DNA from: Nitrospiraceae bacterium
Lineage (GTDB): Bacteria; Nitrospirota; Nitrospiria; Nitrospirales; Nitrospiraceae
NCBI GenBank assembly: GCA_050246315.1
Contig: JBFWWG010000012.1
Span: 1-64,000, forward strand
Reading direction: 5' to 3'
DNA length: 64,000 bases
Part shown: positions 10,598 through 20,545 of the stretch, piece after piece
Numbering within the stretch: the first letter of the stretch is position 1
Layout of the letters: every line of letters begins with the position of its first letter
Translations under genes and position numbers: made by a program
The notes under the pieces: model-generated
Told to the model about the DNA's origin: nothing
What the model saw: only the letters and a program-made list of their open reading frames with translations
The model's database searches: none

Positions 10598-13030
10598 TCA
10601 TTTCATGGTCGAGGCGCCCGACTGTCCGGCAGGCAACATGCGACCGTAGGGGCCTCCCACCGCCCCCCATGGCAGGCCTCGCTCGCCGATCATGATGGGC
10701 GAAAGAATCCGCTTCAGGACCGCCGTGCCGAAATTTTCCGTCCACCCAATTCCCGTCAGACTGAGGACCACGTTGTACTGCACGCGGTCGGGAAACTGTA
10801 GATACCACATCCCCAGCGACCAGCACTTACATGGATTCTGGTACATCCCGACCAGATCAAACTCCGGACTCCGCTTGTTTTTCACATCGTAATAGCCGCG
10901 CGCCCCGACCGTCCATCCCATCGGCAAGCGCACCGCCGCCATGGCCGTAACGAATTGAATTTCCGATGTCGGGGCGTAGACCTCGTTGAAGGAGATCGGA
11001 TTCCAGATGTCGCCGCGCCGCACGAGATTGCCCTCCCGGGCAAAGCGCTGGCCGACTTCGATGTACCAGGCATTGTTGTTCTGTACCCGGAAGTCGGTGT
11101 TGAACTGACTCAAGGTCCCCTTATAGGGATCGATGAAGGCGTCCACGGTGAGGTATTGATTGAGCGAATAGTGTCGCGACCAGACATCAATCGTATTGGG
11201 AGTCAGCCCCGGAATGAACTCCGGCGTGTTGTTGCCGATCATCGCCCGAATCCACAGATCGGAAAACTTTCGGCCGTCAACCGGCGTGGTGGCGGGGATC
11301 AATGGTTGCGTGATGGTGCCGAGCGTCGGCGGCACCCCCGGCATAAAGTCTCGGGCGGTCGTCTGCACCGCCCCCATGCGGTAGCTCTGTGCAATCGTCA
11401 GATCGAGCCAGTTAAAGGCGCTGCCCGAGCGCTTGCTTTCGAGCAATCGGCTGCGCACCGCATAAGTCACCAGGCTCTTTTTCGGTAGGTCGTCCAATTG
11501 GTCGATCTGGGCGATTTGAGACTGGTCCGAGGGCGGCACGTATTCATAGATCACCTGAGGCTCGATCGTATGGAGCATGGTATGGCCTTCGCTGGTCCCG
11601 AATCGCCTCGTGAGCCGGGATTTGGCTTCGAGCGCCAGCCAGGCGGTCTGCCGTTGCACCGACACGTCCTGCACCGCTCCGCGCGAATAGTAGGCCTCGA
11701 GAAACTTGGCCTGCGGCGTGATCGCAAGGACATGACCCAGGTTCAATGGGTCCGTGGTCAACCCCGGCATGATATTGCCGCGGCCGACGTGGAACCCCTC
11801 CTCTCGATAAAAGTAAGTCAGGCCCGTATCCATGTTGAACTGAAGCGGCCCGGTGAACGGGGTGGCCGTGTTCGCCATGCTGTACCCCAGTTCGGGGAGG
11901 CGCTGAAAGGTATCGCTGCCGCCGGACTGCAACGGTTGCAGATACTGGCCTTGCAGGTAGAGATTACCGGTTCCCCACCGCTGCGTGGTCAGCAGGTTCG
12001 ACTCTCCGCTCGGCAAGGCCCGCAGGACACCCGAATTGCTGAGTTGCTGAAGGTAGTCGGGGTCCGAGACAAAGAACACCTGCGCGTTCATCCGAAGGTC
12101 CGGATTGAACTGTTGCACGTGAGTGCCGCTGAGCATGCCACGGAACCCTCGTTCATCCCCTCCGACTCCTTTCCCGCTCGAGACCTGATCAATGAAGCTC
12201 CCCAGCCACTGACCCCGCGTCTGCCGGTTCAGGACATAGCGATAGCCGAGATCCGCTCCGTATCCCAAGTTGCTATAGTAGTTCGGCGTGATGAGCAGAT
12301 CTTGGCTGGGATTGATGGCCCAGAAGAACGGGACCTGAACGCCCAACCCGAATCGACTGTCGAACGTCGGCGACGGGATCAGAAACCCCGTCTTGCGATA
12401 GGTCAAGGGATAGGTCAAGGTCGGCAGCGGCAGCAGTTTGTGGTCCAAGACGCAGAACCACGCGCCCTTCATCGCCAAACTGTCGCTGGTGTCGAGATCC
12501 AAGTCCTGGAACTTGAACCGCCAGGCCGGCACTTCTCCGTCCTTGGCGTCGCAATTCGTGAAGGACCCCTCCTTGATACGGTAATGGCTTTCGGAATAGC
12601 GCTGCAGAAGGCGCCCGGTGGCGAACGTGTTCGTCTGTTTGAAATGCAGTTGGCCGTTGACGACCACGCCGCCCTCGGTATTGATGTCCAACCGCAATTG
12701 CTCGCCCCAGACCTCCGAGACCGGCCCTACTAGGTGGACGTTGCCGGTGGCGATGACGTTGCCCGTGAGCGAATGGATGGTGACGTGATCGGCCGTCAAA
12801 CGCTGGTCGCCATACAGGATCACGACCGACCCATCGGCCTCGTACGTGTCCACTTCCTGGAGATATTCGATGCGATCGGCCGTGACCTCGACGCGTTGAT
12901 TGGCCGAGCCGCTGGTCGCAACGCTGGATGCCGCAACCGGTTGGGCCGAGGCCGAATGCGCGGACAGGAGGGCCAGGAACGGACAGAGGAGCCAGAGGAC
13001 CCAGACCACGGACTGAGGGAAATCCCTCAT
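10598..13030 (-). CDS. lptD: LPS-assembly protein LptD
   Basis: Signal peptide, OstA-like N-terminus (VTADRIEY...LTADHV), GSFTNC, RKTGFLIP, QRLPEL, LHTIEP, YQNPCKCW. Confidence 0.9.
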   Translation of the reverse strand: MRDFPQSVVWVLWLLCPFLALLSAHSASAQPVAASSVATSGSANQRVEVTADRIEYLQEVDTYEADGSVVILYGDQRLTADHVTIHSLTGNVIATGNVHLVGPVSEVWGEQLRLDINTEGGVVVNGQLHFKQTNTFATGRLLQRYSESHYRIKEGSFTNCDAKDGEVPAWRFKFQDLDLDTSDSLAMKGAWFCVLDHKLLPLPTLTYPLTYRKTGFLIPSPTFDSRFGLGVQVPFFWAINPSQDLLITPNYYSNLGYGADLGYRYVLNRQTRGQWLGSFIDQVSSGKGVGGDERGFRGMLSGTHVQQFNPDLRMNAQVFFVSDPDYLQQLSNSGVLRALPSGESNLLTTQRWGTGNLYLQGQYLQPLQSGGSDTFQRLPELGYSMANTATPFTGPLQFNMDTGLTYFYREEGFHVGRGNIMPGLTTDPLNLGHVLAITPQAKFLEAYYSRGAVQDVSVQRQTAWLALEAKSRLTRRFGTSEGHTMLHTIEPQVIYEYVPPSDQSQIAQIDQLDDLPKKSLVTYAVRSRLLESKRSGSAFNWLDLTIAQSYRMGAVQTTARDFMPGVPPTLGTITQPLIPATTPVDGRKFSDLWIRAMIGNNTPEFIPGLTPNTIDVWSRHYSLNQYLTVDAFIDPYKGTLSQFNTDFRVQNNNAWYIEVGQRFAREGNLVRRGDIWNPISFNEVYAPTSEIQFVTAMAAVRLPMGWTVGARGYYDVKNKRSPEFDLVGMYQNPCKCWSLGMWYLQFPDRVQYNVVLSLTGIGWTENFGTAVLKRILSPIMIGERGLPWGAVGGPYGRMLPAGQSGASTMK

Positions 13031-13031
13031 G

Positions 13032-14342
13032 TCAACCCCGGAGCGGTGATAGAGCGGCGCCACGCAGCAAAGCCTTCACCTCTCCGATGATCATGAGGGA
13101 ACCGGTTACGCAAATGACGTCGGACGGACGGGCCAGACGCCGAGCGAGCGCCAACGCGTCGGCCACGGCCGGTTCGACGTGGACCGGCGGCCCGCCGAGG
13201 GGGATCGCGGCGCGCAGGCTATCGACTGGCGCCGAACGGGCCATCCTCGCCTGGGTGAGCACGACGTGATCCGCCAGCGGGAGGACGGCGCGAAGAAACC
13301 CGAGATGGTCTTTGTCTCGCATCATGCCGATCAGGAAAATGACGGAACGATCCGAATGGCCCGGCCCCGTCCGCACTTGCCGGAGATACGCGCTCAACGC
13401 TTCCGCCGCCGCCGGGTTATGGGCCCCATCTAACAGGAGCGTCGGCTTCCGCTCGACCGTTTCGAGTCGTCCTTCCCATTCCACCCTACGGACACCGTCG
13501 CGCACAGCCTGCTCAAGGATCGTCACTCCGCGTTCTGCGGCCAACTCGGTCATCATGAGCGCGCAGCCGAGATTATCCAATTGATGCGCTCCCTGCAAGG
13601 GACAGGACAATCCCGTGAACGTCCAGCGGCGGCCGCTAAACCGGCAGTCGCCGGGATGATCACCAACAATCGAATAATCCTTCCCCGACTGGAACAGCGC
13701 CGCTTGTTGTTCCTTAGCCATCAGTTCCACCACCTGCACGGCCTCAGCGGGCAACGAACCGGTGACGATCGGAACCAGCGGTTTGATGATCCCGGCCTTT
13801 TCGTATGCGATGGAGGCCAGATCATGGCCGAGATACTCCTCATGGTCCAGCGAGACGGTGGTGATGCAGGAGACCAGCGGCGTGACCACGTTGGTTGCGT
13901 CGTATCGTCCGCCGAGCCCGACTTCGAGCACCGCCACATCAACCCCCGACTCGGCAAAATGCCGAAAGGCCATGGCGGTGGTGAATTCGAAGAATGTGGG
14001 AATCGATCCGGGCTCGCAGGCCGCGCGCAGTGCATCAGTCAGCTCCGCGACCTGCGCCTCGGTAATCTGCGCGCCGTTGACCCGGATGCGCTCGCGGAAG
14101 TCCACCAAGTGCGGTGAGGTGTACAGCCCGACGCGATAGCCGGCCGAAGCCAGTACGGAGGCTACGATCGCCGCCGTAGACCCTTTCCCATTGGTGCCGC
14201 CGATATGAAGCACCTGAAACCGGCGTTCGGGGTGGTCCAACGCCGCCAGCAACGACCGGATGGTCTCCAGGCCGAGCTTGATCCCGTGTCGCTGGAGTCC
14301 GTAGAGGAACGCAACCGAGGCGGCGTAGGAGGACGGCATCAC
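13032..14342 (-). CDS. folC: Folylpolyglutamate synthase/dihydrofolate synthase
   Basis: HIGGTNGKGS, YTSPHL, EVGLGGRYDATN, LDGAHN. Confidence 0.97.
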   Translation of the reverse strand: MMPSSYAASVAFLYGLQRHGIKLGLETIRSLLAALDHPERRFQVLHIGGTNGKGSTAAIVASVLASAGYRVGLYTSPHLVDFRERIRVNGAQITEAQVAELTDALRAACEPGSIPTFFEFTTAMAFRHFAESGVDVAVLEVGLGGRYDATNVVTPLVSCITTVSLDHEEYLGHDLASIAYEKAGIIKPLVPIVTGSLPAEAVQVVELMAKEQQAALFQSGKDYSIVGDHPGDCRFSGRRWTFTGLSCPLQGAHQLDNLGCALMMTELAAERGVTILEQAVRDGVRRVEWEGRLETVERKPTLLLDGAHNPAAAEALSAYLRQVRTGPGHSDRSVIFLIGMMRDKDHLGFLRAVLPLADHVVLTQARMARSAPVDSLRAAIPLGGPPVHVEPAVADALALARRLARPSDVICVTGSLMIIGEVKALLRGAALSPLRG

Positions 14343-14358
14343 GACAGAGGGACGCCGG

Positions 14359-15195
14359 TTACAAGTGTCCGATCAGTGTAGCCAGCGTGTCTTTCAGTTG
14401 CTTGCGTTCGACGATCCGATCGATCATACCGTGTTCCAGCAGAAATTCGGCGCGTTGAAAACCGTCGGGCAACTGTTGCTTGATCGTTTGCTCGATCACG
14501 CGTGGCCCGGCGAATCCAATCAAGGCCTTCGGCTCGGCCAGGATGACATCGCCCAACATCGCCACGCTGGCCGTCACCCCGCCGAAGGTCGGATCGGCCA
14601 GAACCGAGATGAAGGGTAACCTCGCCTCATGGAGCTTGGCCACAGCGCCGGAGGTCTTGGCCATCTGCATCAGCGACAGCGTACCCTCTTGCATCCGCGC
14701 GCCGCCGGAGGAGGTTACCAGGATCACCGGCAGCTTCTGTTCAATGGCCCGGTCCACCGCCCGGCAGAATTTTTCTCCGACCACTGATCCCATGCTGCCG
14801 CCCATGAAGCCGAAGTCGAACACGCACAGCACGGCTCGCCGACTATGGATGAGCCCCTCGCCCGTAACCAGCGCATCCTTGCGGCCGGTCTTGTCCTGCT
14901 GCGCCTTGAGCCGGTCCTTGTATGACCGCTGGTCTTGAAAATTCAGAGGGTCCTGAGCTTCCAGGTCCGTATCCCATTCCTTGAACGTCCCCACGTCGAG
15001 AAGCAGCGCAATCCGCTCAAGGACGCTGATCGGAAAATGGTAATCGCACTTGGGACAGACTCGATGGTTCCGCTCCACTTCTTTGCGATAGATGATCTCG
15101 CGGCAGTGATTGCACTTGAGCCACATGCCTTCGGCCGCTTTCGGCTTCCGCGGAGGCTCTTCAACCGTTGTCTTTTGCTTCTTGAACCAGGCCAT
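14359..15195 (-). CDS. accD: Acetyl-CoA carboxylase carboxyltransferase beta subunit
   Basis: Zinc finger KCNHC...CPKC, FMGGSMGS, SGGARMQEG, IGFAGPRVIEQT. Confidence 0.97.
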   Translation of the reverse strand: MAWFKKQKTTVEEPPRKPKAAEGMWLKCNHCREIIYRKEVERNHRVCPKCDYHFPISVLERIALLLDVGTFKEWDTDLEAQDPLNFQDQRSYKDRLKAQQDKTGRKDALVTGEGLIHSRRAVLCVFDFGFMGGSMGSVVGEKFCRAVDRAIEQKLPVILVTSSGGARMQEGTLSLMQMAKTSGAVAKLHEARLPFISVLADPTFGGVTASVAMLGDVILAEPKALIGFAGPRVIEQTIKQQLPDGFQRAEFLLEHGMIDRIVERKQLKDTLATLIGHL

Positions 15196-15259
15196 ACGCT
15201 ATGTCTCTCAGAGGTTCCGAGGTAGTTCTCCTATCAGGACCGAATCGGCGCTCATCGCA

Positions 15260-15970
15260 TTACGGGCTCAAGAAACCGGCCTGCGCGATCATGACGATGC
15301 CGACGCCCACGCTGCCGAGACTCACCATGCCTCGCATCGCCACTTGCGCGACCGGCCCCCACGCACCCCACGACCCGGCATAAACCATCGGGAAACTGAT
15401 CAGCGCGCCGGTCAGCATCATACCGAAAATCGAGCCGACGCCAAAGATCGCGATATAGGTGAGTCCCTCCCCCAACGTCCGGACGTTGGCGAGAACCAGG
15501 AGCAGCAGCGCGGCCGATCCGGCAAGCCCATGGACCATCCCGACAGCAAAAGGTTTCCACGTGCTCTTGAGCCAATGCGCATGGTTATGATCCGGACCGC
15601 TTCGATGGTGGTGGAGGTGCAGGTGGCGGGCTCCGTCATGCCCATGGCTGTGCCAATGCCATCGCTCGGCATAGAGCGTCCAGGCCAGCGAGCCGCCCAG
15701 GCAGACAAGCATCAAGCCGACCATCCCCTCGAACGCCTGGGCCACCGGATCGGGAATCGAGAGCTGAAAGGTCATCAGGATGGTCCCGGCGGCCAGCAGC
15801 ATGACCGTGTGCCCGATACCCCAAGAAAGTGCCACAAGGCCTGATCGCCAAACGGAGGACGATCGCGCCAACATCGTCGAGACGGCGGCCACGTGGTCCG
15901 CGTCCAGGGCATGCCTCAGCCCGAGGACAAAACCCAACCCCAACATGGTCAGGAAGTGAAGGTCAGACAT
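15260..15970 (-). CDS. HoxN/HupN/NixA (UreH-like) Ni/Co permease
   Basis: RHALDADH motif, WGIGHT, His-rich loop, GMVHGLAGS, multiple TM segments. Confidence 0.85.
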   Translation of the reverse strand: MSDLHFLTMLGLGFVLGLRHALDADHVAAVSTMLARSSSVWRSGLVALSWGIGHTVMLLAAGTILMTFQLSIPDPVAQAFEGMVGLMLVCLGGSLAWTLYAERWHWHSHGHDGARHLHLHHHRSGPDHNHAHWLKSTWKPFAVGMVHGLAGSAALLLLVLANVRTLGEGLTYIAIFGVGSIFGMMLTGALISFPMVYAGSWGAWGPVAQVAMRGMVSLGSVGVGIVMIAQAGFLSP

Positions 15971-16032
15971 GCGGAAGAAATTCGTACCGGATCTTGCGCC
16001 AAACCGGATGCCGACAGGACGTTCGTTGCGCG

Positions 16033-17100
16033 TCAGCCGCCACGGGCATGCATTTCAAGGTGAGGATCTTCACGCAGACGGGAGACATCGATGAGTTGCA
16101 ATTCGCGGAGCCCTCCTTCTTCCAGGGCCTTTCGCTGTTCAGCGCCTCGGTCGCGACGCGCCTGCCACACGGAGGTGATGAGGGCTTCAATCGCTTCCGG
16201 TGCTCCGCCCCGACGCAACGGCACCCGCAAGTCGAATCCTTGCTTCGCATACAAGCAGAGATACCACATGCCGTCGGCGGTCAGCCGACTTCGGTCGCAG
16301 GTTGCGCAGAAGGGAACCGTGGTGGAGGCGATAATGCCAAAGATCGTCCCATCCGCCAAGGAAAAGCGCTGCGCCGGGGCAGACGAGGCTTCGTGGATCG
16401 GTTCGATTGGCCCGTATCGTTTCGTCAGAATCTGGAGGATCTCTGCCTGAGAGAGCACCTTGCTCATCGACCAATCGGTCGCCCCGCCCACGTCCATATA
16501 CTCGATGAACCGCACTTCGCCACTGACCGCCTTACCGTACTCGATCAAGGACACGACCTCGTCGTCATTGAAGCCCTTCATCGCGACGGTATCGATCTTC
16601 AGATTCGGGAAGCCGGTCCGATTCACGGCATCGATCCCCTCCAGCACCTGATGAAAGAGGTCGCGGCGGGTCAGTGCCCGGAATCGCTCGGGTCGTAGCG
16701 TGTCCAGACTGACGGTGACCCGATCCAAGCCGGCTTCGTAGAGCAGCTCCGCTTGCTCGGCCATCAGAATGCCGTTCGTCGTCAGCGCCAGCTCCTTGAT
16801 CTGGTGATTCTGCCGAAGCATACGGATCAGCAGCGGCAGGTTACGCCGCAGTAACGGCTCCCCGCCCGTGATCCGGACCTTGTCGACCCCCAACCCGGTA
16901 AAGGCCTTGGTGAGGAGCGCCATTTCCTCGAACGAAAGCACCGTCTCGCGCGGCAACCAGGCATACTCCTCCTCCGGCATGCAGTACTTACAGCGGAGAT
17001 TGCAGCGATCGGTCACCGAGAGCCGCAAACTGCGCAACGGCCGACCGAAGGTATCGTTCACGGTCGGCAGGTTCGCGTTGTGAGAAAACGCCTGTTCCAT
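16033..17100 (-). CDS. moaA: GTP 3',8-cyclase MoaA (radical SAM)
   Basis: LRLSVTDRCNLRCKYCMP, TGGEPLLR, FCATCDRSR...LC, C-terminal GG. Confidence 0.97.
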   Translation of the reverse strand: MEQAFSHNANLPTVNDTFGRPLRSLRLSVTDRCNLRCKYCMPEEEYAWLPRETVLSFEEMALLTKAFTGLGVDKVRITGGEPLLRRNLPLLIRMLRQNHQIKELALTTNGILMAEQAELLYEAGLDRVTVSLDTLRPERFRALTRRDLFHQVLEGIDAVNRTGFPNLKIDTVAMKGFNDDEVVSLIEYGKAVSGEVRFIEYMDVGGATDWSMSKVLSQAEILQILTKRYGPIEPIHEASSAPAQRFSLADGTIFGIIASTTVPFCATCDRSRLTADGMWYLCLYAKQGFDLRVPLRRGGAPEAIEALITSVWQARRDRGAEQRKALEEGGLRELQLIDVSRLREDPHLEMHARGG

Positions 17101-17119
17101 GTCAAACCTTGATCACAAG

Positions 17120-17390
17120 AGGATGATCAAAAAGGTCAGTCTTCTCATCCGCCCGACCCCGGCGTATTTGTCTCACCCGCCCACCCTCCGATTGCTCCGC
17201 AATCGACTTCCCGGGACGCGCCTTTCCACAGGCAACGCCGCAGCGAGTGAGGAGGTGAGGACGTACATACTACACTTCGTGTGAACCAGCGGCGCTTCGG
17301 GCGGAGCCCCCTCCGTATTGACGCCGCTGGAGAAGCCCACCAGTGAGTGTCGTGCCCCCGACAAAGCTGGCGGCCTTTTTTCATCATCCT
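17120..17390. mobile_element. MITE-like non-autonomous repeat between moaD-E and moaA
   Basis: Terminal inverted repeats AGGATGATCAAAAAGG...CCTTTTTTCATCATCCT; internal ACTTCGTGTGAACCAGCGGC shared with 38907-38926 and, inverted and near-identical, with ~63393-63412. Confidence 0.75.
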
Positions 17391-18125
17391 CTACGGGTGC
17401 TCCTCGACCCAGACCTCCCCCTCCGGTGTCTGTTCCAACTTCCAGATCGGGGTGATCTGCTTTAACTCGTCGATTGCCCACTTGCATGCCCGGAACGCAT
17501 CGGCGCGGTGCTCGGCGCCGGCGATGATCAGAACGATATTTTCGCCGATCTCGATCGGGCCGTAGCGGTGCACGATCAACAGTTCAAGGATTTCGAAATC
17601 GTTGAGCGCCCGTTCGCGAATCTCCCGGAGCTTCTTCTGCGCCATCCCTTCGTAATGTTCAAAGGTGATGCCGCTCACGTCACGGCCCTTCGATCGATCG
17701 CGCGCCGTGCCCAGAAACAGAGCAATCCCGCCAATGCGCTTGGAACGACGGCGCACACGGTCAAGTTCCGCGTCGATGGAAAAGTTTTCGCGCTGTACCC
17801 GGACGAGCATGGCCTCCTCGTCGGTCACGAGGCTGTTCCCATTCGATTCACTCCTCGCGGAGCCACCTGCAAACGGAGGCAACAGTGCAATCTCGTCGCC
17901 GGAGGACAATTCCGTGTCCTCATGGGCCATATCCTGATTCACCGACACCAGCACCTTCTTTTTCAGAATCAACTCTCCGATGGCCGGATATTGGGCATCG
18001 ATCATTCCGACGAGGTCACGGACCTTTCGGTCGCCGTTCAACGTGAAGACCAAATCCGCCTGATTTTTGGCCAGGCTCTTGGTCATGCCGAACAGTTTGA
18101 CGGAGACTTGCACCGGACCGGCCAT
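17391..18125 (-). CDS. moaX: Fused molybdopterin synthase MoaD-MoaE (MoaX-like)
   Basis: MoaD half (VSVKLFG...VSVNQ...GDEIALLPPFAGG) continuous with a MoaE half (GGIALFLGTAR...HRADAF...KQITPIWK). Confidence 0.9.
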   Translation of the reverse strand: MAGPVQVSVKLFGMTKSLAKNQADLVFTLNGDRKVRDLVGMIDAQYPAIGELILKKKVLVSVNQDMAHEDTELSSGDEIALLPPFAGGSARSESNGNSLVTDEEAMLVRVQRENFSIDAELDRVRRRSKRIGGIALFLGTARDRSKGRDVSGITFEHYEGMAQKKLREIRERALNDFEILELLIVHRYGPIEIGENIVLIIAGAEHRADAFRACKWAIDELKQITPIWKLEQTPEGEVWVEEHP

Positions 18126-18127
18126 CG

Positions 18128-18625
18128 TCAGGACCTTTCCCTCGTGAACGTGCCGGATTTCCCGCCCGACTTGGAGAGCAAACAGATATCGCGAAAACTC
18201 ATCCGCTTGTCGATGGCTTTGCACATATCGTACATCGTCAAGGCGGCCACCGAGACCGCGGTCATCGCCTCCATCTCCACCCCGGTCTGCCCGGTGGTTT
18301 TGACCGTCGCGGTGACGCTGATGGAGCACTGCCCGTCGGCATTCGGCTGAGGCTCTTCTTTAAAGGAGATATCGACACTGGTCAGCAGAAGGGGATGGCA
18401 CATCGGGATCAGATCCGGGGTCCGCTTGGCTCCCATCACCCCCGCGACCTGGGCGACCGCCAGCACATCGCCCTTCGCGATCGAACCCCGTCGGATGGCT
18501 TGGAGGGTTGCAGGCTCCATCAAGACCTGGACCTGGGCCACCGCCACCCGTTCCGTCGAGGCCTTGGCGCCCACATCAACCATCCGCGCCCGACCCGACT
18601 CGTTAAAATGCGTCAATTCGGCCAT
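18128..18625 (-). CDS. moaC: Cyclic pyranopterin monophosphate synthase MoaC
   Basis: LTHF...[39 protein letters not shown]. Confidence 0.97.
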   Translation of the reverse strand: MAELTHFNESGRARMVDVGAKASTERVAVAQVQVLMEPATLQAIRRGSIAKGDVLAVAQVAGVMGAKRTPDLIPMCHPLLLTSVDISFKEEPQPNADGQCSISVTATVKTTGQTGVEMEAMTAVSVAALTMYDMCKAIDKRMSFRDICLLSKSGGKSGTFTRERS

Positions 18626-18722
18626 TTGCCTTGGCGAATCAGCCGGTTTGCGCCCACCGTCGGCGGATTATAGGAGCCGGTGGAAGGGGCAGTCAAGGTA
18701 GGTAAGAGGCGGGCGGCGACTT

Positions 18723-19002
18723 GGTAGGTCCCCTTCGCTCGCAGAGGCCGCACACTCAGAAGGTGCCGGGCCACCCATTGCTCCCTAATCGCAATGGGTC
18801 GTGTGCGCCCGGTGGGGAACCTACCAAACCGCCACTTACAGCGAGGTCAAGAGGAGAAGATCGAGGACCAGGGGTACCCTCCCCTGCTCGCAGACCGCGC
18901 ACGCAGGACTCAATCAGATTTTTCAAGCAGCGGGCGGCGCCGGGGTACCCGTTGCTCCCTGACCGCAAGGGGTCGCGGTGCGCGCAGTCGGAGCGTACCC
19001 TC
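18723..19002. repeat. Two tandem palindromic REP-like units
   Basis: Unit A (GGTAGGTCCCC...GGGGAACCTACC, 18723-18825) and unit B (~18871-19002) share the core GCCGGG-ACCCRTTGCTCCCT..CGCAAKGGGTCG..TGCGC. Confidence 0.6.
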
Positions 19003-19255
19003 CCGTTAGCCCCCTGGAAGGGAAACAACAAGCAAACTTGGAGGGAGCATTGATACCGGTGAGGAATCTCGCCAAGTTGTCCCTGGCAAGAATCGGAGAG
19101 CTAGCTTATTGACAGCGGCACTTAGCAAACACCGTCACAACTTTGGAGAGAGTTGAGGAGACACCTGAATCTTAATACCCGGTCGGACCGGTTCCTCTGC
19201 TTGTCTGGTTGGTGATGCGAGACTTTTCATCACGGGAGCACAACGATTGCCCAAG

Positions 19256-19486
19256 ATGACCTCAGTACCACCGTCTGCCTTCGAGCGCCTTCCGGTCGAT
19301 GAACAGATCGACTATGTCCAGTCTCTGTAGCACCGGATTGTCCCGAGCCCTCAGCGTCTTCCAGTCCCAGAGTGGCACCGGCGCATCATTCAAGAACGCC
19401 TCGAATCCTACAAAGCCAAACCTGTCGCCGGCCGGCCTTGGCCGGACGTCCGTCACGATATCGAAGAGAGGTTGCAAAATCGTTGA
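19256..19486 (+). pseudogene. Addiction-module component (TIGR02574-like antitoxin) with an in-frame stop
   Basis: MTSVPPSAFERLPVDEQIDYVQSL*HRI...PVPEWHRRIIQERLESY...GRPWPDVR; TAG at 19328-19330 occupies the family's usual Trp position. Confidence 0.75.
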
Positions 19487-19667
19487 TCTGATTGATCGCG
19501 TGGTGGATCGTCACTCTCACCAGGCCCACAACCGTTCATTGACTCTTCCCGTTGACATCGTCCGGTCAGCCTGACTAGATTTCCAATCCAACCGTTCGGA
19601 GGAGATGCCGGTACGATGACAATTGACATGACCTCCTCTGACCCGCACTCACCAGGAAGGAGACCCT

Positions 19668-19955
19668 ATGGCCAATGAGGGATATCACGAACGATTTGAA
19701 GACCTCTCCGACGCCACCCGCGACATGCATCGCGCGATCACCTCGTTGATGGAGGAATTGGAAGCCGTTGACTGGTACAACCAACGCGTCGATGCTTGCA
19801 AGGATGCGGACCTGAAGGCGATCCTGGCGCACAACCGTGACGAAGAAAAGGAACACGCGTCGATGGTCCTCGAATGGATTCGCCGCAAGGACCCGAGTTT
19901 TTCCGAACATCTCAAGGACTACCTCTTCACCACTAAATCGATTGCACACAAATAA
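19668..19955 (+). CDS. Encapsulin-associated ferritin-like protein (EncFtn/Flp)
   Basis: 95 aa; MANEGYHE...DMHRAITSLMEELEAVDWYNQR...HNRDEEKEHA..LEWIRR; AGGAAGGAG RBS. Confidence 0.93.
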   Translation: MANEGYHERFEDLSDATRDMHRAITSLMEELEAVDWYNQRVDACKDADLKAILAHNRDEEKEHASMVLEWIRRKDPSFSEHLKDYLFTTKSIAHK

Positions 19956-20233
19956 TCGTCGCAGCTCCCGCGGCCGCCTGCATCACCGGCGGCTGCGGTA
20001 CTTGTTCCGATCATCCTCCCCTATCATTCGCTTGACTCAACGCACCGATCACCTCGTGCAACGGTTTTCGCAATTCCCACCTCTTGAGGCCCCCAGGAAC
20101 CGACCGGTTTCAAATTCATGAATTCTTGGTCGCGAGAGACAATCGTCATAGAGTGAAGCCGGCAGATCGATGTCTTTCCGCTGAACGACATTCGCACAGG
20201 CCGTTGGGTTGTTTCTGACGAGAGGGCTCGACG

Positions 20234-20509
20234 ATGGGATTTGCACTTCGCAAACACGACCAGCCTCCGCTCTCCGTCGTGGCCGCGCTACGGCGGGGCG
20301 AGAAGGTCGAGGCGATCAAGCTGCTGCGCGAAGACCGGCAGATCGGCTTGAAGGAAGCGAAAGACGAGGTCGATCGGTACCTGCAAGCCAACCCGGCCCT
20401 CTTGCAACAGATGCAGGCGAAGCAAGCGGCCATGGTCCAGAGGTTGCAGCTTTGGGTGCTTGTCCTGCTGGGGATTGCAATTATGGCCTATGTCACGTTG
20501 ATCGGATGA
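20234..20509 (+). CDS. Small membrane-anchored protein with an L7/L12 C-terminal-like domain
   Basis: GEKVEAIKLLRE...GLKEAKDEVD followed by a C-terminal TM helix. Confidence 0.7.
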   Translation: MGFALRKHDQPPLSVVAALRRGEKVEAIKLLREDRQIGLKEAKDEVDRYLQANPALLQQMQAKQAAMVQRLQLWVLVLLGIAIMAYVTLIG

Positions 20510-20545
20510 TCGCCTCATCGGCTTCGCGATCAGCGACGCAGACCC

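Noticed and set aside
18721..19240. Possible riboswitch or ncRNA upstream of moaC (e.g. Moco RNA)
   Set aside because: The hairpins match the dispersed repeat family, and I cannot identify riboswitch consensus features by eye; an Rfam scan would settle it.
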